Below, in pieces: positions 17,989 through 34,121 of a stretch of DNA of 64,000 nt. This stretch comes from the human T2T-CHM13v2.0 reference genome, Homo sapiens. Under the pieces are notes generated by a model that had not been told where the DNA came from, did not search any database, and worked only from the letters and a program-made list of their open reading frames with translations. The stretch lies in NCBI RefSeq assembly GCF_009914755.1, contig NC_060932.1. One strand, 5' to 3'. The first letter of the stretch is position 1. Every line of letters begins with the position of its first letter. Position numbers and translations under genes: made by a program.

Positions 17989-20804
17989 GGAAGAAAAACA
18001 TGCTTTTGAATATTACTTTGTGAACTTTTACACGCATATATAACCCATCCATTTTTCATTATAGGAAATGGATCTAGCTCTGGAAGTGTTGTATACATAT
18101 CTCATGTTTCCCAAGGATTATAGTTAAACAATTATATTCAATAAAGAGAATATTGATTCTCTTTGTATGTATACATAAATTACATATATACCTTATATAT
18201 AACATATATACGCATTTAAAGGAAAAGAAGATGCATAGTACCATGTATGTATGGCTGCATTTGTTTTTGTAAAATGACACATATATGAAATTATAATCCA
18301 TAGAAAACCATAATCCATAGAAAACCTCTGTAAAATACATAATACACTAAGGGATAAAAATGGTTTCTTTTGGAAAGAAAAATATTCTTCAGAACGAGAC
18401 TAATTTCTAAGTTTATGTTATATTGTATTATTCATGTTTTTAAACAATATACCTAAAAACTTTTTATAGAAGCATATTTAGAAACTATTTTACATAGATA
18501 CAGAAAATGTTATGGCAAAATATTCCAGTATTTATATTTCAATGATTAAAATATACACAATAATAATGGGTACATGTACTCAACAATCAAAATATTCTAG
18601 ACCCCACTGTGCATGCTATGTTGTCTTTAATTCTCAGAAGAACACCAGGAGATTCGTGACATGATTACGTCCATTATATAAATCAGGAAATGTGGAAGGT
18701 AAATATGCAGCAAAGCCAATGACTTAAAAGATTTTATGAATTAAACATCAAACAAAATATATAATTTTTCAAAGAACACATATATTCAGAGAATGCCAGT
18801 GAACTCCAAACAAATTAACAGATAATCTTCCTATCCTTCCAGATTTAATATGCTGTGCTTATCTGTAGCAGCTTCCCAAACCCAGATATTTTGGTATATA
18901 TATTTCTGTGTGCCCCATTTCATATTTTGGGATTTTTATTTTTTCCTTTCTTCATGAATTATTACGTCTTTGCCTTATGTTTGGATACCTATAACTAGAT
19001 AATATAATAAATATAAAAATGTGAAGATAAAGCACAATATATAGATACTATATTTAGTATATCCCCATTCTTTAATCTATCATTACAGGTTTGCATCATG
19101 TTTCTTCCTTTATGGTCTAGTGTTGGATATATACAACTTAAGCAGTCATTTATTTGTGTCTCAAGAATTATTCAGAGCTGCGGACATCCCCAGTAAGTCT
19201 CTTTCTTTTTTTGTAATGAAGTGCTTCAGTGGCAGGATTTCAACAGCCTTTGTCTTCTTCTTGGCTGTATATTCCAATGTGAGATTTGATTGTTCTTTAA
19301 CAGGACTAGAAGTTTTTCAAACTAATGACAAATTTTCTAATATTTTCTTGTACTGATATTATCAATTGCCATTGAAACTTGATCTTTTGATATACTTTTA
19401 TATTATATAACTCAGAGATTAAAATATCTTACTTCCTCTAATGACAGAAAATAATATGGAAAATATGGCAGTCTTTGAGTATCACAAAGGTATATCAATC
19501 ATCTGTTCCATGCCAGGCTTTGTGTTAGTAGCTGAAGTTAAAGGAAAATATGTGTATGTATTATTGAAAACCCTACTGAAGAAGAGGCTTACATTTGTAC
19601 TTTAAAACTAGTAAATGCTAAGCTAGAAGTGAAGTGTGCAAATATTTTTGGGAATTATTAAAAATATTTACTAAATGCAACTTGGGAGATAATTTGTAGC
19701 TTCCTGGGTAAGACAAAAAGGCAGCAGAACTACAAAATTGTGGGAGTGAATATGAAGTAAGCATCAAGGATGACATCTATTGTTCATCCTGGATTTTTCT
19801 GATGGATGGTGATGATTTTAACTTTGATCATGTGGAATTTGAAGTATGCTCTGGGCCCTTCAGAAGGAAATGTGTAACCCTCAGATGCATATCAGAATCT
19901 TGGGGAAAATAAAAAAAATTTAAATCAGGGATTGACAAAAAGAGTTAATTTTAGTGCCCAGCAGGACATCTATACTTGAAAAGAAAAATTAACAAAAACT
20001 CTAGAATCAAAGCCAAGGAGTAGGTTACATGTCTCTGCGGTTGTTTATGTGTTTCTGTCCTTAAAGACTTCAGATTTAAATTCTGCAGGCTTGTAATTGC
20101 TGGGATAATACATTTAACTGTGAAAGTTCATCTTGTAAAACAAGTTTAAAATCTTTAATACATTAATGTTTGCCTATAGTCTCAGAGCCACATGCTGCTC
20201 TGTTGCAGAAAAAAAAATTATTCTCCATTACCACTGGATTCTGGACAACCGCAATAAATATGACATTGGCAGAAAACTGTAGGGCAAAAAGAAGAGAACC
20301 CTTGAAAACCATGAAAACATTGTTTTCTTGATACCTGTGGCAGTGGCTGGGTCTCCTTCATGGTTTCAGTTCCTGTCCTCAACATAACATCTATCCCTAT
20401 TACAATGACCTCAATTAGCTTACAACAGAGAACCATTACCACCTCATTTTCCATCATCTTGTTTCTGTATTCTACATTTTATTCAGTTTTACAGATGTCT
20501 AATGAATACTCTCTCCAGTTCTAAAATCCTCTTGGTTTTCAAATTTCAACTAATCATTGACTTCCTGTTCTGTATTTTAATAGTGAATATTAAGTTGACT
20601 TAAGACAGGTATTATTTCTCATTTACAGTTTAATCAGTAGTACCTATTTATGTTTAGCACCTAGTAGATATCTAATATAGTAGTTATTGAATATATTGAT
20701 GAATAACTTTTAGTGAGGGAAATTAAATTGAATTAAGATATGTATTCCACTGGTTCTATGAACATTAACAAAGCTATCTGATAATCTTTTTGTGTTGTTT
20801 GGTT

Positions 20805-21660
20805 TTTTAAAAAGTGTTTAAGTTTATAGGGTACAAGTATAATTTTATTGCATGGATAGATGGTGCAGTGATTAAGTAGGTGCTTTTAGGGTACCCATCA
20901 CCCAAATAACTTACATTGTACCCATTAAGTAATTTCTCACCATGCACCCCTCCCATCCTGCTGAGTCTCCATTGTCTCTCATTTCACACTCTAAGTCCAC
21001 TGTACCCATTGCTTAGCTCCCACTTACAAGTGAGAATATGAGATATTTGTCTTTCTGTGCCTGAGTTGTCTTATTTAAGATAATGGCCTCCAGTTTTATC
21101 CATATTGCTGCAAAAGACATTATTTCATTATTTTTTATGGCTGAAGAGTATTTCATTCTGTACATATGCCACATTTTCTTTATCCAGTTGTCCATTGATG
21201 AACACTTAGGGTGATTCCATATCTTTGCTATCGCGAACACTGTTGCAATAAACATATGAGTGCAGGTATATTTTGGTAACAATTTATTTTCCTCTGGACA
21301 GATTCCCAATAGTGAAATTTATGGATTAAATAATGCTTTTATTTTTAGTTCTTTGACAAATCTTTGCACAGTTTTCCATAGTAGTTGTACTAATTTACAT
21401 TCCCACCAACAATGTATAAGCGTTCTCCTTTCTCATCCTCACCAATATCTGGTTTCTTAAAACTCTTTTTAATAACAGCCATTCTGACTTGTGTAAGGTG
21501 ATATCTCACTGTGGTTTTACTTTGCATTTCTCTGATGATTAGTGATATTCAGCATATTTCTATATGCTTATTGGCCATTTGCATGTTTTATTTGGAAACA
21601 TGTCTATTTCTATCTTTTGCCCATTTTTAAATTAGATTATTTCATTGTTTTTGAGTTTGG
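20805..21660 (-). mobile_element. L1PB4-like 3' fragment
   Basis: Antisense ORF 21013-21309 is the L1 ORF2 C-terminus (WIKKMWHMY). 3' UTR block gcttttagggtacccatcacccaaataac. Confidence 0.82.
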
Positions 21661-21879
21661 TGCAGATATTGTAGAGCTTGACAAAGAACTTTAGGGTGCA
21701 GTCCTGAGAGTTACACAAATTTGAATTTAAACAAAAATATGCTGTTTTCTAGGTGCATGATTGGAGGAAAAAACTTTTTACAATGGTGGAAATAATAACA
21801 AACACTTATTATTTTAACTGTCAATTATTTTAACATAATTTGTCAACACTGGGTGACACCAAATTTGTATAGGGACCAA

Positions 21880-22220
<341 letters not shown>

Positions 22221-22865
22221 TCAAACAAATTTATTTAACTTATTAATGATGGGTTTTAAAATTTTAATTATAAAATTACTTAAGTTATCTAGCTGAAAGT
22301 AAATGCTAGTTAATGGCAGTTCTTTTAATAATTGTATGTTCTTGGAAAAAACCTGCTCTGAAAAATAATCATCTAAATTACTGAAAGAAATTGAACCTAA
22401 GTACTTTAAATGCAAGAGATTTCACAACATGTAACATGAAGAATACTGTATTAGAAATTTTATTGTATTCTCTTAGCCTTCTGTTTGCAGATATGCCACA
22501 TCTTCACCTTGGAATAGTTATGATTGGAAAAGGATCCATGGGAATGTGCTTCAGCATTGGAAGACTCCATAGTTGTGAACTCATACCTACTGCAATCAGG
22601 TAAGGCTGAAGATTCCACTGAGAAATGCAACTGGTGTCTGCCTGGAACTTCCCGATGTACATAAGATTAAATGAAATATCTATTTAAAGAAATTTCAACA
22701 ACCTCCCTCCCCACATCTGAATTTGTATATTTAGTGTAACATTCTTACAGACCCTATAATTCTCTTGGGTTGTTTTAAAATAACAACCAATAGCTAATTT
22801 ACAATAAATAATTATTAGGGTATTGCCACCTAATATCTTTTTATAATCAAGACCTCCACATTTGA

Positions 22866-23167
<302 letters not shown>

Positions 23168-23270
23168 GACCAAATTTGAGACTTATAACTTTCATAGTTG
23201 AAAGTGATAAAATCCAATGGTGGAATTAGAATTGCAGGCTCCAAGGCAGGGCAATACGCCATGATCTCAC

Positions 23271-23276
23271 GCACAC

Positions 23277-23335
<59 letters not shown>

Positions 23336-23337
23336 CA
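23271..23337. repeat. (CATACA)n/(CA)n microsatellite
   Basis: Read directly. Confidence 0.95.
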
Positions 23338-23779
23338 GAGCATTCCTCTGCTTTGTTGACAGATAATAATCTGTGCTGTTAGCCTTAAATTAAATCTTAA
23401 ATTAATATATATGTATATAACACATCTTGATTTTCTGGATCAAAACTCTCAAGTCTCACTCCTAAAATATGTTCTTTAACATAGAGAAGAGAAAGTAGTG
23501 TTTTTTTATTGCTTGATTTTTATTTCTTTCCTTCCTCTTTGTAACCTCTCAAGAGACAAAAGTTTAAAAGAGAGCAGAAACAATGTGTGACATCATAGCA
23601 CAGTGACTAAGAATATGTTGTCAAAAAAATGAAAAATAAAAGGATGTAAACCAGAGACTTTGGAGTCAGGAATATTTTACTTTAGACATTGATTTATTGC
23701 CTTACAACTTTGTTAACCAAACTGATGTAGTCTTTGCATGTAAAAAATATGGATGAAAACTAAAGTTAGTAGAGGAAAA

Positions 23780-26270
23780 TACTATATTAATTGAAAATGC
23801 CACTTGTAAAGAAAAAAATAAATTATGTAGATCTTATAGAATACCAATAGTAAGAGAGTAGATATAAAAAAATACATCAGTAAATATATTAAATATAAGT
23901 TGATTATTCCAAGTAAAAATCCAGAACAGCTAGTTTGTATAAAAATGACAAATCCAACTCTATACCACTTACAACATAAACATAAAACATAATGTGTCAA
24001 ATACAAAGTTTGAAAGTAAAATAATCAAAACTACAAGGTATTCAAAAACCAAAAGAAAAATATTGATATCATATAAAATTGATATTGATATCATATAAAA
24101 TTGGATTTGATGGAAGACATTTTGCTGGAAATACAGTGCATTATTCCATAATAATAAGAGGCAATAAAGTAGGAAGACATAAAGACTTAAAATCATGTAC
24201 ACCTGACATCATAGTTCAAAAATATATTAACCAAACACTGAGAAAACTAAATGGACAAATAAACAAACTCAAAATCATATTTTGAAGTTTTAACATATCA
24301 CCCTTAGGCAAAAAGTTTACTCCAAGTAATCACTTGTGACCATCATAATTTACTAAATTGACCAGATTACATATAAAACTGTTATGCCAAAAAGCTCTAC
24401 ATAATTTATTTATAAAGATAGTCCATAAAACAAGATTTGACAAATCTTAAATGGCTAGAATAATTTAGAACCTAAATGATATTAACCTATAAATCAGTAA
24501 CAGAAACTAGAAAATTATTTTATATTAAGAAATTAGCAACCAACAATACATTTCTTTAAAGGAAGTATTTTTAAACAATACAGTATAAAAATAGAAAATG
24601 ATTTTGAATGAAATAACAAAATATGAAACATCAAAACTTGTAAAATAACCTAAAGTAGTAATTACAGTAAAACGTATAGCTTTATAAGCATGTGTTAGAA
24701 AACATGAAAGGTAGACTATATGTTATTCTTCCCCCAAAGCTAGGAAAACCACATAATATATCCAAAGAAAGTAGAAGAAATGCCAGCAAATTTGTTTGTA
24801 AAAATTGTAAAATGATTCTAAAATATAGTATGTAAATGCAAACTGACAAGAATAGTCACGATCCTGAAAAACACATCTAGAAAATTCCCCTTTCACACAC
24901 TAAGATAAATTAAAAGCAATGTCATTTAGCACAGTAAAATATTGATTTAAGGATAGACAAATATGTCAATGAAACACAATAGCAAATCCAGAAATAAACA
25001 CACACATAGGTGTGAGTCTGATTTAATGACAAAGACAATATTGCAATGCAGTGAGAAAATGATGGTCTTTTGAAAAAAAAATCTGTGCTAATTAGATATT
25101 CCTATAGAGAAACATGAAACTTGGCTCATATGTTGCACAAAAAAATCAATTTCAAATGGATTACATATCTAAATGTGACAGGTAAAATTAGAAAGATAAG
25201 GGAATTATAACTAATCATAAAAGATGATTTTCATAGCTTTATAATAGAGAAAAATGTTGAGTAGAACAAAAAAATCACTAAATATAATTTAAAAACTAAT
25301 AAAAGGAACTAAAGTATAAATATGAACTTCTGGTTGTCAAAGTGGAATTAAGATAAGGCAGGCCACAGAGAGATGAATTATATCTGACTAAGGATTAATC
25401 AGCATATATAAAACAAATCAAAAAGTAAAAGGCCAATAGAAAAATGGACAAAATCTTGATGTGTCTTCACAAAATTGGATATCCAATTTAACCATTGTGT
25501 TGATAATGGTTAAAACAAACTCATTACCCTCAATAAATGCAAATTATATTTAGAACATGATCCCAGCTTACCCCCACTAGAACAGGTAAAAAGTAAAAGA
25601 AATTTTAGAAAATCGAAACTTAGGAAAAACAATGGGACATCTTAACAATATTGACTTTCAACTGAAGAACATGGACCCCTTAAAAGGGATGACGAACAAC
25701 TCTCATACACTGGGGAGAAGCGAAAATTGGCAGAACCCCTTTGCAAAACTCATTGTTATCATCTATTTTAGATTAACCTCTTTATACGCTGTGTTCCAGA
25801 GGTTTCACTGTTAAGTTTATTATCCACTGAGAAGTCTAACACATGTTATCCAAAAAACGTATATTCAAATGCCCATAGCATCACTATTTAACTCCCAAAA
25901 TAAACTGACCCAAATTTCCATCAATATAATTTTGATATATTCAAACAACAGAATATGCATAGCATTGAGAACTAATGAACTAAACTCTAAGTGGAAAAAT
26001 AGATAATCTCACAAGAAAAATGGTGAAAGACGACAGATACAAAATGGTATATAGTATGAATCCATATATATAGAGACCAAAAGCAGACAAATTTCTGTAT
26101 TTAATATTGGACATCAGGAAAGCATTTACCACTCAAAGGTGGGTAGTGACTAGAAGGGAGTAAAAGACCCCCTGGAGTGTTGGTACTGTTCCCATTATTG
26201 AGTTTCCATATTTAAAAAACTCATCATGTATTTTTCTATATGCATTTTAAACTAAAATAAATTTTATGAA
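23780..26270 (+). mobile_element. Very old, internally deleted L1M (L1ME-like)
   Basis: A-rich sequence with ordered degenerate L1 ORF2 motifs (aaagtagaagaaa, aaatccagaaataaa, aatcaatttcaaatggatt, aaatgcaaatt). Boundaries are approximate. Confidence 0.6.
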
Positions 26271-26837
26271 ATGTATAAATGATCACAAACCTCCTGATAA
26301 AACTATAGGGAGTTATTTTGAAACCTAATGTCAGTATTTTGACAATGTTTTATTTACATAACCTGGGGGAATGTTGGCTAGTATAACATCTGTACTAGAG
26401 AAGAGCTATCTAAATATGAAATATTAGTTAAGTTTTATTACTTGATATAATGCCAGAATCTCTTATTAAATTTTACCAGTTACTAATAAGATATTTGTAA
26501 TTGAAAAGCAATTTTATTAAAATTCTTACTTAAAAAGTACTTGGCCAAAATTCTTACATAATGCATGTTAGTAAAATGGCACAGAGCCTGATCATTCATT
26601 TAATCTGTTAAAAGTGGGGGAAAATGATAATATTTTAACCTCCTTTGTTTGAATCACAGAGTTAGGCACTGGGAACATATCAGTGAATAAGACAGACAGA
26701 TTCTTGACCTAATAAATTTGAATTTTAATGAGATTAATTGACAAGGATTAAGTAAAGGTAAACTTAAAAAAAATCAAGCTCATAATAATCACTCAGAAGA
26801 CAATAGACAGGTAGCCATAATGGAGCCAGGTAGTGGG

Positions 26838-27199
26838 TGCTATGGACTAAATTTTGTTCCCCAAAATTCATATAGTGCAGCCTAAGCCTCAGTGTGACTA
26901 TATTTGGAGTATGGAAGTAATCAAGGTTACATGTGGTGCTAAGTGTGAAGCCAAAATTCAACAGAATTAGTGTCCTAAAAAACAGACATCAGAATGCCTC
27001 CTCTTCCTCCCTGCCCTGTGAGGACACAAGAACGCAACTGTCTGAAAGCCAAGAAGAGAGCCCTCAACTGAAATCAAACTGACTGGTACCTTTAATCTTG
27101 GACTTCCAACCCTCCAGAACTTTAAAAAACATAAATTTCTGTTATCTAACACACCCAGCCTATGGTGTGTTGCTATGACAGCCTAAGCAGACTAAGACA
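26838..27199 (+). mobile_element. MLT1A1/MLT1B MaLR solo LTR
   Basis: Termini tgctatggactaa and gactaagaca; core atcttggacttccaaccctccagaact. Confidence 0.85.
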
Positions 27200-28494
27200 T
27201 AGGGGGTGGAAGATATTAACAATGGATGTAGGTTACTTAGATAAGCTTATTTACAGTAGATTAATTGGCAGTTGTTCCAATTTATTTCCATTTGTTCCAA
27301 TTTTTTTTAACATTTTTTAAGTATAAATTAAAGACCTGAGCTAGAGAAAAGTTTGGCATAAGAAAGTTAGTATCATTGGTATATAGTTATCAAGGAGAGA
27401 GAAAAGGAAAGTTAACATGACTAGAGTTTAACAGACTAGACACTCAATCATACAGAGAGCTTAGTTAGCCATGGCAACACAACTGAATTTTATTTTAAGG
27501 GCAGAGTGAAATCACTAAAGCGTTTCAAAAGCAGTAAGAACGAATTCAAATTCCATTTATCACTATATGTGCTATTTTGCTATTGGTGAGTAAGTCTTCA
27601 ATACATACATTTAGTAATGACACAATTCAAATGATACACCGATCATATCGGGTTGGGAAAAGATGTCAAGAATAACTCTAAAAAGCAATTGCTAAGAGAA
27701 TGTATTACCGTTCGACCAGCCTTACAAAAGATCCTTAAGGGAGTTCTAAACAGAGAAATGAAAGAATGATACATGCTACCACAAAAACACACTTATGTAC
27801 ATAGCCTACAGCCCCTATAAAGCAACTACATAATAGAAACTGTGAACCTCACACATCAATAATAACTTTGAATGTACATGGTATAAATGCCCCACTTAAA
27901 AGGCACAGAGTGGCAAGTTGGATTAAAAACAACATCACCAATTCATCTACTGTCTTCAGAAGACCCAGCATACAGTAACAGCACCAACAGGCTCAAAGTA
28001 AAGGGTTGGAGAATGATCTATTAGGCAAACAGAAAACAAGAAAGAGCAATGGTTGCTATTCTTATATCAGATAAAACAGACTTTAAACCAACAACAGTAA
28101 AAAGAGGCAAATAAGGGTATTACATAAAGATAAAAGGATCAATCCAACAAGAAAAATTAACTATCATAAATATATGTGCACCCAATATCAAAGCACCAAG
28201 ATTCATAAAACGACTATTTCTAGACCTACAAAGACTTAGCCACAAAGTAATAGAGGGGGATTGCAATACCCCACTGACAGCATTAGACAGACCATCAAGG
28301 CAGAAAACTAACAAATATAAATTCTGAACTTAAATTTGACATTTGACAAATTGGATCTAACAGACATCTACAAAATACACTATTCATCAACCACAGAATA
28401 TACATTCTTCTCATCTGCACACAGAAGATACTCTAAGATTGAACATATGCTCAGCCATAAAGCTAGTCTCAACAAATTCAATAAAGTTCAAATC

Positions 28495-28794
<300 letters not shown>

Positions 28795-30427
28795 TTAAAA
28801 TCATACCAACCATACTCTCAGACCTCAATAGAATGAAAATGAAAATAGAAATCAATACCAAGAAGATCTCTCAAAACCACAAAATTACATGAAAATTAAA
28901 CAACTTGCTACTGAATGACTTTGGGATAAACAATGAAAGCAAAGCAGCAACAAAAAATTCTGTGAAATAAATGAAAACAGAGATATCACATACCAAAATC
29001 TCTGGGAAGCAGCAAAAGCAGTGTTAAGAGGAAAGTTTATAGTGCTAACTGCCTACCTCAAGAAGTCAGCCACATCTGGAATTGATGATCTAACATCACA
29101 CCTAGCAGAATTAGAAAAACAAGAACAAAATAACCTTCAAGCTAGCAGAAAAAAAGAAATAATTAAAATCAGATCCAAACAGAATGAAATTGAGACCCAA
29201 AAATTCATACAAATAATCAATGAACCCAAAATTGTTTATTTGAAAGGATAAACAACAGTGGGCTACCATAGATTAACAAAGGGAAAAAAGAAGATCCAAA
29301 TAAGTACCATCAGAAATGACAAAGGTAATATTACAACCAATATCACAGAAATACAAAAGATCCTCTCAGACTATTATGGACACCTCTGTGCATACAAACT
29401 ACAAAATCTAGAGGGAATGGATAAATTCCTGGAAATACACAGCCTCTCAGATTGAATCAGGAATAAACTGAAACTCTGAACAGATCAATTTTGAGTTCCA
29501 AAATTGAATCAATAGTAAAAAACCTACCAAACAACAACAACAAAAAGCACTGTACTAGATGAATGCACAGCCAAATTTTGTCAGACATACAAAGAGGAGC
29601 TGGTAAAAGTTCTACTGAAACTTCCAAAAAATAGAGGAGCAGAGACTCCTCCCTAACACATTCTACAATGCTAATATCACCCTGATACCAAAACCTGGCA
29701 AAGACAAAAAAGAAAAAGACATCTACATACCAGTATTCCTGATGAACATCGATGAAAAATTCTCAACAAAATACTAGCAAACCAAATCCAGCAGCACATC
29801 AAAAAGGCAATTCACCATGATCAAGCAGGCCTGATTCCTGGGATGCCAGGTTTGTTAAACATACACAAATCAATGAATGTGATTCACCACATAAGCAAAA
29901 GTAAGAACAAAAACCATATGATCATCTCAATAGATGAAGAAAAGGTTTTTAGTAAAATCCAATATTCCTTATTGATAAAAACTCTCCAGAAACTTGGTGT
30001 CAAAGGAACATACCTCAAAATATTAAGAGGCTCCTATAACAAACCCACAGCCAACATCATACTGAATGGGCAAAGCTGGAAGCATTTCTTTTGAAAACTG
30101 GCACAAGGCAAGGATGACTTCTCTCACAACTCCTATTCAGCATAGTACTGGAAGTTCTATCCAGAACAAGCAAGCAAAAGAAAGAAAGAAAAGGCACCCA
30201 TATAGAGGAAAAATAAAAAAGAAGCTAAATTATCTGTCTTCACTGACAATATGATTCTATACCTAGAAGACCCTAGAGTCTCTGCCAAAAGGTTTTTGGA
30301 ACTGATAAACAATTTCAGTAAAGTTTCATGACACAAAACCAATGTACAAAAAATCAGTAGCATTTCTATACACCAATAGCATTCAAGCTGAAAGCCAAAT
30401 CAAGAACATTATCCCATTTACAATAGC

Positions 30428-30472
<45 letters not shown>
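30428..30472. repeat. (CA)n microsatellite inside L1 ORF2
   Basis: Read directly. Confidence 0.95.
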
Positions 30473-30475
<3 letters not shown>

Positions 30476-31415
30476 TACCTAGGAATACATCTAACCAAGG
30501 AGGTGAAATATCTCTACAAGGAAAACTACAAAACATTGCTGAAATAAATCATAGCTGACACAAACAAATAGAAAAACATTCCATGTTCATGGATAGGAAG
30601 AATCAATATTGTTAAAACGGTCATAGTGCCAAAGGCAGTCTAGAGATTCAACACCATTCCTATCATTTTGTCCAAAATCAATGTCATTTTTTACAGAATT
30701 GGTACAAAAAAAACTATTCTAAAGTTCATTTGGAACCCATAAAAGAGCCCAAATAGCCAAAGCAATCCTAAGCAAAAAGAACAAAGCTGGAGGCGTTAAT
30801 ACTACCTGACTTGAAACTATGCTATAAGGCTACAGTAACCAAATCAGCATGTTACTGTACAAAAACAGACATAAAGACAAATGGAACAGAATAGAGAACC
30901 CAGAAGTAAAGCCAGACACATACAGCCATCTGATCTTCAACAAAGTCAACAAAAATAAACAATGAGGAAACGACTCCCTATTCAACAAATGGTGCTGGGA
31001 ATGCCTGGCTAACCATGTGCAAAAGAATGAAACTGGACCCTTACCTTTAACCATATACAAAAATTAACTCAAGATACAGTAAAAATTTAAATGTAAGAAC
31101 TGAAACTACAAACATCCTAGAAAACAAACCTAGGAAATTATCAGCATCAGCCTTGGCAAAGAATTTATGGCTGAGTCCTCATGTTATTTGAGTTATTTTC
31201 TCTAAAATCCACATGAATAAAATTGAAACCATTAACATTATGAAAATATACAACAAAGTTGAAGCGGGTGGGCAACTGAGAGCTAAGATTGACAGAATGG
31301 TACCATGATAAATTATTATTACACATACGCTATACTCTCAAAATATGGTATCGGCATAGCAATGTGACAAACTCAATATCACAAAATAGAAAAACCAAAG
31401 GCAGTCTCATGCCTA

Positions 31416-32956
<1,541 letters not shown>

Positions 32957-33104
32957 CAGAAACAATTAGCTGGAACAGCAGTACATCCAAATTCATCCTA
33001 GTGTCTACCTCAAGTGAAGAAGAATTAAGACAAAGAATGGGTATGGTGTCAACAGAAACTATCAACTGTGTTTATAATTTTGTGAAAACAAACACCTGAA
33101 TACA

Positions 33105-33800
33105 CATCACTTCCTCTCCTTTAATACACGTTCTTCAGTTGGTTTCCAGAATATCAAACTCTCCTGGTTTTCTTCCCTACTCATCGATCACTCCTTCTAG
33201 GCCCCCTTTACTGATTTTTTTTTCTTATTCTTCCAATATCTTAATATTGGGGTGTCCTAAGACTCCATCATTGCTTCTTTCTTCTCTCTAGATTCACTAT
33301 CTTGGTGACCTTATCCAATCTCCTTCTATAAAAACTATAAATTCATACAGTGACAATTCCTGAATTTTTGTCTCTAGTCTAAACTTCTCTTCAGGACCCA
33401 AGATTTGCATATCCAACTGCCTAATCAGCATATCTACTGAATGTGTTAAACATCTAAAATGTAGCCTGTTGAAAACCAAGTTTCTAATCTTCCCTATCCA
33501 CCCGGTTATGCCCATTCACAGGCCTCCTCATTTTATTTGATGACAACTCTATTCTCCTTTTATCTGATGACAACTTCACTGTTTTATTTTTCTTAACCCC
33601 CGACCTGAATTCCAAAGTAATATTTATTGACTCAATAGTCAAACTATGTTTAAAAACCAGTTTTCACTATTTTTCTGCAATTATTCCAGTACAAGACATC
33701 ATGATCTCTTGCCTACATTACTACAATAGCTTCCTAAAAGCTCCCTCTACTTCCATCCCCGTCTGAATTCAGTCTGCTTCCAGCACAATCCCTCGTACAA
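33105..33800 (+). mobile_element. L2 fragment
   Basis: actctcctggttttcttcc, atatccaactgccta and attactacaatagcttccta match the L2 core. Confidence 0.7.
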
Positions 33801-34121
33801 TATGGTTATTGCAGAAACAGTACAGAATGCCATTAAAATATGATGATGACACAACAATAAAGATAATTTTGGAAACTATGAATTTAATAGATGAATATTT
33901 AAAATAAATGGAAAGGTTGGAAGTTGGTGTAGAAGAATTTTCCACAAGTTCAATAACAAGATAAATGATCAAATAGGAAACGAAATATATTTGAAGATTA
34001 ATATAAGAGATTCAAACCAACAAGGGATGCAGACTATGAAGAAATAGAAACAGTGGGAAGAAAATTATGAAATTTTTCAGCAGTATAACTCCTAGTTTCC
34101 CAACACGGTAAGGAGGCAGTA

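Noticed and set aside
19121-19192. Possible 72-nt exon (also 8791-8902)
   Set aside because: At least one splice site is mediocre in each case, and such pairs are expected by chance in 64 kb.
24060-24103. Short tandem duplications (22 bp here; also 241-270, 18293-18326, 33531-33575)
   Set aside because: Ordinary slippage products, common in AT-rich DNA.
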